Positions 39,899 to 48,252 of a DNA stretch of 64,000 nt are shown piece by piece. The translations under genes were made by a program, and so were the position numbers. The notes beneath the pieces were generated by a model. It saw nothing but the letters and a program-made list of their open reading frames with translations, did not search any database and was not told the origin of the DNA. The stretch's first letter is position 1. Each line of letters begins with the position of its first letter. The stretch is from a virus. Location: positions 57,017 through 121,016 of the IMG/VR virus record IMGVR_UViG_3300040801_004793. One strand, given 5' to 3'.

Positions 39899-39932
39899 AA
39901 AAAGGGGGTGGAGCAGTTAATCCCCACCCCCT
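39899..39932 (-). terminator. Intrinsic terminator after the capsid gene
   Basis: Minus strand GGGGGTGG...CCACCCCC-TTTTT. Confidence 0.7.
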
Positions 39933-39968
39933 ACACACAACACACCACTCGGATGTTAATTGTTAATT

Positions 39969-41081
39969 TTAGGTAGCGTCAGAAACTTGCTGAGAGAAAA
40001 ACAGCTTGGGATCTGCAAATACGGGAATAATAGTAGCCACGGCTTGGCTTACATCCACAGGGGGAACTTTTTGTTTTTCATAAGTAGTAACAAAAACACC
40101 TGCTTTACCATCATTCTCTAGAGTGGGACCCATTGCTCTTTCGCCCATGTTTTCTTTCATAAACACGAAACGATTATCATGCAGAAATCTAGAGTTAGCT
40201 AGACTTTGATCTCCCAATTCATTTCTGTACTTCTCGTCAAAAGTCTTGATTGTAGGTAGTCCACGAGCTTCTAAAATAGCAGCAAGCATTTTAGGACTCA
40301 CGGTTCCTACTTGAGTAACAGTTAAAGAAGAAGCAGCATCTTTGGTAGATTGCTGTTGCATTAGGTCGTTCAAGGTCTTACGGCTCATGTAGTTCACATC
40401 TGGAGAAAAACCATTTGTATCTACATAAGTATCAACTGCGTTGTAAAGGTCTTGAATACCGTTTGCAGTAGCATGTTCTGACCACCTCTCACCACCAACT
40501 TTAGCGTTGGGGAAGTGATTGTAATTACCGGATCTCTTATAATTCAGTTTTGTGACAACACCCGTACGAGGGTCAGTTCTGTTTAGTTCTCCGAATTGAA
40601 GAACCTGCCAAGTCATATGATTCAGCAGTTCCACTTGAGCCGCTGACAGTTTTTCGATTGTGCCGAAAATAAAGGAAGCTAAGTCTCCGTTAGAACCCTT
40701 AATCACTTTGCCATCTTTGGAAGCGTTTTGAATTTTAATACCTTTAGCTAGAGCCTCTGCACGAGCGTCTTTAATATGCCATTGATATTCTTCATCCCAA
40801 ACATAAGCAAGGCTGGATTTCATCATTTCAGCCGTGATTTTGGTAATGTTTCCTTGGTTTGTCACAGGTGGTTCTGCACCGTACGCCACCACCGAAGCGA
40901 TGACATTAATGTTTTCTACCACGTATGCCAGGAAGTTTCTACTCTCGTACGTTTTAAAAGGTACATAGGGGCCAAGAGCATTAGCATCTCTTCTTTTTAG
41001 ATCATCAAGGGTATCCTCAACAATCAGGTCGGCCATTTTATTTTGATGGGCTTCATTAAGCCACTGTGCGATTTGTGCCAT
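39969..41081 (-). CDS. Major capsid protein (phage capsid E-like, HK97 fold)
   Basis: 370 aa after protease/scaffold/decoration. E...M.WQ.L..G, W....A..I.DL and MS...L..L motifs; own RBS and terminator. Confidence 0.8.
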   Translation of the reverse strand: MAQIAQWLNEAHQNKMADLIVEDTLDDLKRRDANALGPYVPFKTYESRNFLAYVVENINVIASVVAYGAEPPVTNQGNITKITAEMMKSSLAYVWDEEYQWHIKDARAEALAKGIKIQNASKDGKVIKGSNGDLASFIFGTIEKLSAAQVELLNHMTWQVLQFGELNRTDPRTGVVTKLNYKRSGNYNHFPNAKVGGERWSEHATANGIQDLYNAVDTYVDTNGFSPDVNYMSRKTLNDLMQQQSTKDAASSLTVTQVGTVSPKMLAAILEARGLPTIKTFDEKYRNELGDQSLANSRFLHDNRFVFMKENMGERAMGPTLENDGKAGVFVTTYEKQKVPPVDVSQAVATIIPVFADPKLFFSQQVSDAT

Positions 41082-41114
41082 TATTCTTTCCTTCGATATT
41101 TGTTATGTTTCTAA

Positions 41115-41984
41115 TTAACCTTCGAAAATCAGATTGGGGAATCTAGAAGCAAGCTCATCATCATAATAAGCAAGACCAGACTTGTAAACCCGATCACAAC
41201 GTTCGATAGCTTTTAGAGTTTCAGTTGGTTTGTTAGTAAAGTCGATACCATGATTATAAAGACCATAGATATCTTCTACCAAAGTACCCACTCTTGCGCC
41301 TTCGCCCAGATTAGCGGCAGAGTTACCCGTTAGAACAACTGTGCTATTTGCATAGTCCGTATGGGAAACTACACCCAGATAAACAGGAGTAGCACTAATC
41401 TCATTAGTGATAGCAACTGCTCCAGCTCCAGCGGTAACAGCAGAAGCTTCCACTGTAAACACTTTTCCACGAGTGAAGATTTTTAATTCTCCTGCACCAC
41501 CGGCTTCAAAACGAGCGTAAGAATGTAGAGGGTTAGTCGGGTCATTTAACGCTGTAACCAATTCAGGTAACAAAGCAGCCAGATCAGCCCCGACTTGAGT
41601 ATGCGTGTAAGAAATATTAATGCCCTGGCTGGGTTCAATAAATCTTAGAGTTAATTTATCTCCTGCGGCCCACACACTACTCAAAGTGACTAGGCCCTGA
41701 GGTTCTAGATGGTAAATTTCATCACCAGGCAAGAAAATCTCAGGCATCGTAACAGGCAGGTTTGCGGAAGCAGTTACAGCCGATTGAACAACGTCTCTGG
41801 GCAGAAAACGATTCACACCACCCACTTTAGCGAGAAATAAACCCGCTTTAGTTACTTTTTTACCTTCAGAGTTTAAACCGATATTTGTATTTTCCAGAGA
41901 GACACTTTTAGTAGCATTAAAGTGAATACTTCCTACTACGGCTTTGTCTGCTCTGTAAGTTTCTTGAATGTTCCAATTACTCAT
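41115..41984 (-). CDS. Head decoration protein
   Basis: G.K..KAG.F N-terminus and P...F C-terminus, directly upstream of the capsid gene. Confidence 0.6.
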   Translation of the reverse strand: MSNWNIQETYRADKAVVGSIHFNATKSVSLENTNIGLNSEGKKVTKAGLFLAKVGGVNRFLPRDVVQSAVTASANLPVTMPEIFLPGDEIYHLEPQGLVTLSSVWAAGDKLTLRFIEPSQGINISYTHTQVGADLAALLPELVTALNDPTNPLHSYARFEAGGAGELKIFTRGKVFTVEASAVTAGAGAVAITNEISATPVYLGVVSHTDYANSTVVLTGNSAANLGEGARVGTLVEDIYGLYNHGIDFTNKPTETLKAIERCDRVYKSGLAYYDDELASRFPNLIFEG

Positions 41985-42019
41985 TTATTTTTCTCCGATA
42001 TTTGATATTTATTATATGC

Positions 42020-42922
42020 CTAGTCTCTTTTTAGAAGTTCAAGCATTTCTCTGGCTTCGTCTTCTACCTCATCCTCATTAATAGAGAAATCATAGGTAGG
42101 TCTATCAGACATTTCTTGTTCTGCGATTGCGGAAAAATACATTTCATTTCCAGGTAGAGGGCCGATCTCATCAAAGAGTTCTAGAGCAAAAGCTACACAT
42201 TGCAGATAAGTAGCTGGATCTAGTTCAGACTCCTCTACGGCACTAGAGAAATTCATGTAATCATCTTGAGGCCGCTCACTAAACAAAAGAGCATATGCAT
42301 GAGGAGTAATACTCTTAGAAAACAGAAGTTCGTCCGCATAGTCTCTTAAAGTAGAAAGAGTATCGGTAATAACCATTCTAACTTCCATTTCTTCCATGGC
42401 TTCTGCATAACGACTAAAGTTTTCTGCACCTTCTAGAATAGCTTCTTCTAAATCTTCATCTTCTAGGTAATCTTCGATTTCAGTGTCATCTTCCTCGTCG
42501 TAGTACTCGTCTTCATCGTACTCGTCTTCATCGTACTCGTCTTCATCATACTCGTCGTCTTCATCGTACTCGTCGTCCTCGTCTTCTTCAGGATCTTCTT
42601 CTAAAGCTTCCACTAGATCATAAGCATCTTCAGCCGAGTTTACTAGTCTCAGTTGATCGAGTTCGCTATCAGGAGAGAGTTCCATTAGAAGTTCTACAGT
42701 TTCAACACTAGGAAGAACTTCTCCGGTTAAAAGACCAATAATGGTAGTCTCATCAGCCTCAAAGCCTTGACTTTCAAAAGTATCAACCAAGTCTTCTACG
42801 GCGGTGTCGATATCATCGTATTGATCTTCTAAAATACCCAGAAGAGCATGTCCAAAGGGGTTTTGAAGAGCAGAAGTAGAGAAATTAATAAGTCCCTCGT
42901 AATCGCCTCTATAAAAATCCAT
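42020..42922 (-). CDS. Acidic scaffolding protein
   Basis: Extremely Asp/Glu-rich, between the protease and head genes. Confidence 0.6.
   Translation of the reverse strand: MDFYRGDYEGLINFSTSALQNPFGHALLGILEDQYDDIDTAVEDLVDTFESQGFEADETTIIGLLTGEVLPSVETVELLMELSPDSELDQLRLVNSAEDAYDLVEALEEDPEEDEDDEYDEDDEYDEDEYDEDEYDEDEYYDEEDDTEIEDYLEDEDLEEAILEGAENFSRYAEAMEEMEVRMVITDTLSTLRDYADELLFSKSITPHAYALLFSERPQDDYMNFSSAVEESELDPATYLQCVAFALELFDEIGPLPGNEMYFSAIAEQEMSDRPTYDFSINEDEVEDEAREMLELLKRD
42503..42580. repeat. 15-bp tandem repeat (gtactcgtcttcatc) encoding DEDEY
   Basis: About 5 perfect or degenerate units. Confidence 0.85.
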
Positions 42923-42944
42923 AATTTTTCTTTTCCTTTTCTAT

Positions 42945-43895
42945 TTAGTAGTTTCTAATAAAACCGACGCTTTTCAGTTTTCTATGGTAATCAGTAGCGG
43001 ATAAACTAGGAGGGTAGGGTTTTCCACCAGAACCCTTAGTATTATTAGTTACTCGTAAATCCGTTTCTGTGTCATTTTCGTCAGAATCCTCTTCTGACTC
43101 TTGTAAATTAAACATTTCAGATACTTGATCTATAAAATGTTCAATTGCGTCATAGGAAGCTTTAATAGGATTAATTCCTTTTAACTCCTCCTCAGACGAA
43201 GTTCTTATATCGTAAAGAATTCTGAACAATCCTTCACTTAGTTTATCATAACTCTGTTTAAGTTCTGTTTTATCTTCGCTTAATTTTTTTAATTCCTCAA
43301 AACTAAAAGCTTTTCTTTCAAACTTTCTAGAAGATTCAGAATGAGATTGTTTATTATCCTGGTTAGCCGGGGTTAAGCTGCTTTCAAACAAGATAATATT
43401 ATCTTCAGTCGATCCAGCTCTACTAAATAAAGTGGGACCTATAATAGCGGGAACTGGAGTAGCACTAATTTCACAGAAACTTTCTGTCGCGGGATCAATA
43501 CCAGGAGAAAGAGTGCTAATACTTTTACTTTTAATTTTTTGTACTACGTCTTCCCCTCTAGCTACAATGCTGTCAACAAAGACTCCAAGTTTTCCTACTA
43601 AGTGTTGAAATTTACTATTAGGTAAATCTTGTTCTGTAATTACTTTTGTGTAGAATTCAGATTCTACATCTCCAATATTATTTCCCTGGTCTTTTTTATG
43701 ATCTAATTGAAAGGGAATTCTTCTTCCTTGACGAAGAAAATTATTTGAATTTTCTACAATTTTTTTAATTCTATCGGGGCCAAAAAAATGAGTACGTTTT
43801 TGAGAGTCCGTGTGCTCTCCCTCTATAAATACGAGAGCAGGTCTAGCTAAAGTACTTACTCCATCTTCTTTTTGATTAAAACTAATAAACGACAT
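42945..43895 (-). CDS. Prohead protease (Mu gpI-like)
   Basis: G.H.D, IP..LDH, LSP and EIS.T..PAI motifs. Confidence 0.7.
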   Translation of the reverse strand: MSFISFNQKEDGVSTLARPALVFIEGEHTDSQKRTHFFGPDRIKKIVENSNNFLRQGRRIPFQLDHKKDQGNNIGDVESEFYTKVITEQDLPNSKFQHLVGKLGVFVDSIVARGEDVVQKIKSKSISTLSPGIDPATESFCEISATPVPAIIGPTLFSRAGSTEDNIILFESSLTPANQDNKQSHSESSRKFERKAFSFEELKKLSEDKTELKQSYDKLSEGLFRILYDIRTSSEEELKGINPIKASYDAIEHFIDQVSEMFNLQESEEDSDENDTETDLRVTNNTKGSGGKPYPPSLSATDYHRKLKSVGFIRNY

Positions 43896-46800
43896 TACGA
43901 CTCCAGTTCAATAATTCTTTCAGCTAACTCTTTTCTTAATTGTAGCAGTTTTCTATAATACTCTAAAATTTCATTCCCGATAGTTACATTCATTCGGGTG
44001 AGTTGAGATTTATAATCTATTCTACCACTATGATTTTGAAGCTCTCTATAAGCTTGTTCTAATTCAGATAGGGTTAAGGAAAGATCTACCATATCTTCAA
44101 TTTTTCTGACTCTAAATTTTTTACCCGATTTTTCTATAAATTCTTCTTCTGCTTTAGAAACAGCTCTTTCCACTGTATTTAATAAGTACTCAGCCGTATC
44201 TATACTTTCTATAGAATCTGGAAGAATACTAAAGATATCTTCACCAGGCATTTTAGAACGAAAAGAATCGAGTACTTTAGAAGCTTCTCTATTGTATCTT
44301 TCAATTCCAGCTTCCATCTCTTTTACTCTTCTATAGCCAAAAGAATCTGCTTCGGCAGCGTTGTTTCTTATATTTTCTAAATTCTTAAGGTTTTTTACTC
44401 TCTCTAGAGATCTTATATTATTTAAACCTTTAAGAGACTCTAATCTAGAAATTTCTCTTTGTATGAAAGACTTCTGGATAGGATCTTTCTCTGTCTCTGC
44501 TAAATCTTGAAGAACCTTTTCTAGCTGATTAATTCTGTTAGAAGCTAATTCTAGTCTAGAGTCAAAAGACTTGTCACTAATAGTTTTTAGATACTTTTTA
44601 CCACTAAGTAAAGTAGGCTTTCTACCTGGAGTTCTAGAGAGGTAGTCGGGTTTATACTTAACAGAAATACTTCCGTTATAGTTAACAGAAATTTTATCAA
44701 TATTTTCTAAAGAAGTTGCTAGGCCAATGTCTCCTAATACCTCATTGGTAATGGATAGAACATCTCTTCTTATCTTGCTAGTTTCACTATTAATCTTTCT
44801 AAATAGCTCTTCTCTAATTTTTTCTCTATAAAGAGCATCTATCTTAGAACCCTGAGGGAGTAAAACCTTAGATAGGTCTTCTGTGGGTACCCCATTAATA
44901 GCCAAAGCTACAGCAGTTTCACCACGATTTAAAAGGGCATCTACTTCTTGACCTGACTTGCTAGTAATATCAACAATGAAGTCTTTATCTGAATTTTCTT
45001 TTTTAGTTAGTTCACCTACAACACCCGGAGGCAGAGCTTTTAGTTCACCTACAATTCCTTCTACGGCTCTTCTTACAGCTTCTTCCCCCATTTCTCCTAA
45101 AAAGTTTTTACCCTCTTCAACTTCTTCAGCCAGCCTTTCGCCTACGTACTCTTGTATTCCGTCTAGTAGTTTACTTTTGTGTAGTAAATACAATAGAGAC
45201 CCAGCACTAAAAATAGCTGCACCACCTAGAATAACTTTCATTAGGGGCTTATCATTTTTTTGTATTTCTTCTTTAGTAATAGTTTTGTTTCCATCGGAAT
45301 TTAATTTATTTACAAGAAAAGAAATACCCTGTTGATAGAGGTCTCCATATCTAAGAACGTTAAAAAGAGACCGTCTTAAACTAGGGCTACCTCTTTTTAG
45401 TCTGTAAATCAAAAGATCCACAGCTTTTTTCTTTACCTGATTTTTCTCTTTATTCTTAAAAGCTCTAGATTGTTTTTGTAATGACTCTAAAAGCCTAACA
45501 CTTTCTAAATCATTTTGTCCTGTATAAGGAATAACGTTTCCTAGTTTATCTGTCTTTACTCCTAGATCTCTTGCTAGGTATTTTTCATCTTCAGGTAGAT
45601 AGATTGGATGAAGGTAACTTCTGCATCTTGGATGTACCGGAGGAACCCAAACTCCGCTAGGAGACAATATTCTATTGCTAGGGTCTTCTGGAAGTGCTGT
45701 GGTATTTGGTATCGGTTGCATAGAAAGAATTACGTTTCTTACTTCTTCTATTTTGAAAACTCTTCCATTCATGCCCTGACAGAATTCGCTAGTTCTGTCA
45801 TCTAAAACTGAAACCCAAGTAACATACTTGACACCTTCTTCATAGAAAGCTTCAATTCTGCCTAAGTTATAAGCGGCACTTACTTCTGTAATAGCAACGG
45901 CCTCTGCCTGTTTTGTTACACGCTCATCAAAATAAATAGATCCTTTTCTTTCAGCAACCCCAATCAACCTGCGAAGATCTGCCCCTGACATTTCTTTATC
46001 TAAGCTTCTAATAGCTCCTTCAGATTTATAGCCTAGAGAATCGGCTAGCATTCTTTTTTCTTGATCTGAAAGCTTTACTTTTTTAGGATCAATAGTAATT
46101 GAAAAATCTTCTTGATCTATTCTTCTTTGTAACTCAGTAACACGAGATGTAGCTCTTTCTAGTATTTTAGTTTCAGACGCAATTCTCTGATTTATGAGAC
46201 TTCTGGCGGCAGATCTCATCTCCAGTTGTTGGGCCTTACTTGCACCTGCTGGCGGAGGAGTTAAATTTACAATGGAAAATATGTCGCTATCTTTGGATTT
46301 TAAAGCTTCTTTTAAGTTAAAGATTTCTCGGCTTTTTGAATTTACTAGATTAGATTGATTCTCTAAATCTTTTTGAGTTCTTCTTTCTACCTTTTCCATT
46401 TTTTTCTTGATAGAAGGAGGGTAGGGAACTTCAGACAAGCCCGCGTTTCTTCTTACCTCTCTTAATTTTTCTCGGTATTGAGTTTTTAAATCTCTTAGTC
46501 CATTTGTTTCTAAAACAAGTTTATTATACCTTTGTTTTTCTTCTCCTTTTAAAGAGGCGGACCTTCTTCCATTTAGTAATTTCGATACCTCTTGAGCTGT
46601 AGCCGCTATATCTTCAGAGAGGTCGTTTAGTTCATCATCTTGAGAGGGATCAAAACTAGCCGAGGCATCTAATTGTTTTTGGGTGATAACAGTCTTTCTC
46701 GACTCTAATTTCCCTCTAAGCAAATCTACAGCTTCTCTTGTTTTTTCAGCTCTTGGATCTGGGTCTAGATCTCGAATTAAGTTATTTAATAAGTCTTCTT

Positions 46801-47872
46801 GGTTTTTGGGTTTCTTCTGGGATCTTACGTATTCTGATACTTTTAGTTTGATAGTGCTTTGCAAATTATCATTCATGGAAGAACTTATTTGCTCTCCCCT
46901 TTTTTGTGTATAAACTCTAGCAAAATACGAGTCTTCTTTTACAGAAGAATATCTATTTGAATAATTTCGGCGAATCTCTCTTTGGGTTGTCAAGTTTAAA
47001 GAAGCGAGAGCTTTTTCTACAGAGTCCGCGTTTTCTTTTTCGTACTGATCTCGCTCTCTCTGTTTTGCTGTTAGGTAAGAAGGTGTAAGCTCTTGTCTCT
47101 TTTTAGATGCCCAATTAACTCTTCTTTGTTTTTTCTGTTTTTCTCGGGCTTCTTTTGCTAATATCTTGTCCGCCTCAGAAGTAGTTTCTTTTTGTTGTTT
47201 TTGTTCTTGATACTGTCTAATTAACTCTAAGTCTTCTGGGCTTACTGCTCTTCCAGTCTGTTTAGCCTCATTCGCTCTTTCTATAGCTTCTTTGCCTTTT
47301 TCCGTAACTTCTCTTTTTTGTCTTTCTCTAGTTGAGCGCTTCTCTTTTTCTTTATTTAAAGAGTCATAGCGAATAGAGGCTTGATAAGCCCGGTCACTAA
47401 TCATATCTCTAAAGTCTTGCCTCATCTGGTCCGTGACTTTAGATTTTTTAACTCCGAAGTACTTACTTACTAAAGGGTCATTGTCTTGGTTATCTCGACC
47501 TAAAATAATCTTAGCCCCTTCAATTTCTTTAGCCAGAGAGTCTAATTCATCATTTACATCTTTTTTAGAAGCAAACTCAATTATGTCAGAGACACCATAA
47601 CTTAAAGCAAAATCTGATTTTTTTTGTGACTTAACTTCTTTTTCACAATCCTTTATGCCCCCTACTACAGCTTGTTGCCATACAAAGGACCAAACATTTT
47701 GGGCTGCAACGTAGATGTTAAAATTTTTAGCTATGTCTTCTGGCTTTTTTGCCGTACGAAGAGAATTCCTCAAGCTTTCCTGAAAGGCTCTCTTGATGTT
47801 GGAAACGTAGATATCTTTGAGGGTATCTTGAAACTGGCCGATTTTTTTAGGGGTAACTTGTGGGGTGAACAT
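43895..47872 (-). CDS. Large MuF/SPP1 gp7-domain head morphogenesis protein
   Basis: TE...AYN.GR, W.SVLDDRTS.FC..MNG and PP.HP.CRS motifs inside a 1325-aa protein. Confidence 0.85.
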   Translation of the reverse strand: MFTPQVTPKKIGQFQDTLKDIYVSNIKRAFQESLRNSLRTAKKPEDIAKNFNIYVAAQNVWSFVWQQAVVGGIKDCEKEVKSQKKSDFALSYGVSDIIEFASKKDVNDELDSLAKEIEGAKIILGRDNQDNDPLVSKYFGVKKSKVTDQMRQDFRDMISDRAYQASIRYDSLNKEKEKRSTRERQKREVTEKGKEAIERANEAKQTGRAVSPEDLELIRQYQEQKQQKETTSEADKILAKEAREKQKKQRRVNWASKKRQELTPSYLTAKQRERDQYEKENADSVEKALASLNLTTQREIRRNYSNRYSSVKEDSYFARVYTQKRGEQISSSMNDNLQSTIKLKVSEYVRSQKKPKNQEDLLNNLIRDLDPDPRAEKTREAVDLLRGKLESRKTVITQKQLDASASFDPSQDDELNDLSEDIAATAQEVSKLLNGRRSASLKGEEKQRYNKLVLETNGLRDLKTQYREKLREVRRNAGLSEVPYPPSIKKKMEKVERRTQKDLENQSNLVNSKSREIFNLKEALKSKDSDIFSIVNLTPPPAGASKAQQLEMRSAARSLINQRIASETKILERATSRVTELQRRIDQEDFSITIDPKKVKLSDQEKRMLADSLGYKSEGAIRSLDKEMSGADLRRLIGVAERKGSIYFDERVTKQAEAVAITEVSAAYNLGRIEAFYEEGVKYVTWVSVLDDRTSEFCQGMNGRVFKIEEVRNVILSMQPIPNTTALPEDPSNRILSPSGVWVPPVHPRCRSYLHPIYLPEDEKYLARDLGVKTDKLGNVIPYTGQNDLESVRLLESLQKQSRAFKNKEKNQVKKKAVDLLIYRLKRGSPSLRRSLFNVLRYGDLYQQGISFLVNKLNSDGNKTITKEEIQKNDKPLMKVILGGAAIFSAGSLLYLLHKSKLLDGIQEYVGERLAEEVEEGKNFLGEMGEEAVRRAVEGIVGELKALPPGVVGELTKKENSDKDFIVDITSKSGQEVDALLNRGETAVALAINGVPTEDLSKVLLPQGSKIDALYREKIREELFRKINSETSKIRRDVLSITNEVLGDIGLATSLENIDKISVNYNGSISVKYKPDYLSRTPGRKPTLLSGKKYLKTISDKSFDSRLELASNRINQLEKVLQDLAETEKDPIQKSFIQREISRLESLKGLNNIRSLERVKNLKNLENIRNNAAEADSFGYRRVKEMEAGIERYNREASKVLDSFRSKMPGEDIFSILPDSIESIDTAEYLLNTVERAVSKAEEEFIEKSGKKFRVRKIEDMVDLSLTLSELEQAYRELQNHSGRIDYKSQLTRMNVTIGNEILEYYRKLLQLRKELAERIIELES

Positions 47873-47891
47873 AAAAGAGTTGGTTTAGTTG

Positions 47892-47900
47892 TGCTATAAT
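47892..47900 (+). promoter_or_regulatory. Extended -10 promoter for the HU gene
   Basis: TGCTATAAT 46 nt upstream of the ATG; AGGA RBS present. Confidence 0.55.
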
Positions 47901-47946
47901 TAAATTCAGGCATTAGCCTAATAAACACATTATAGGACAAAACAAA

Positions 47947-48252
47947 ATGAATAAAAGTGAACTGACCCGAGTGCTTTACACTCTGATTAACAAGAACGTT
48001 TCTGGTGGTTACATTACTCTTAATGGAGCAGCTTCCGTTCTGGAAGATCTTGTGGATACTGTTTTTGCCAGCGTAAAAGATGGTGGAGAAGTGAGACTGC
48101 CTAAACTAGGTAAGCTTTATACTACTCAGTGTGCCGGACGTACTATTCCCCACCCTCATATTGAAGGTCAAGCATTGCAAGTGCCTCCGTTTAAACAGAT
48201 TCAGTTTAAAGCTTTTGATAGCGCTAAGAAAGTTCTTAACAGCAGAGACTAA
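47947..48252 (+). CDS. HU/IHF-family DNA-binding protein
   Basis: MNKSEL, G.EVRLPKLGK, R...HP..G....VP....I.FKA....K..LN. Confidence 0.85.
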   Translation: MNKSELTRVLYTLINKNVSGGYITLNGAASVLEDLVDTVFASVKDGGEVRLPKLGKLYTTQCAGRTIPHPHIEGQALQVPPFKQIQFKAFDSAKKVLNSRD

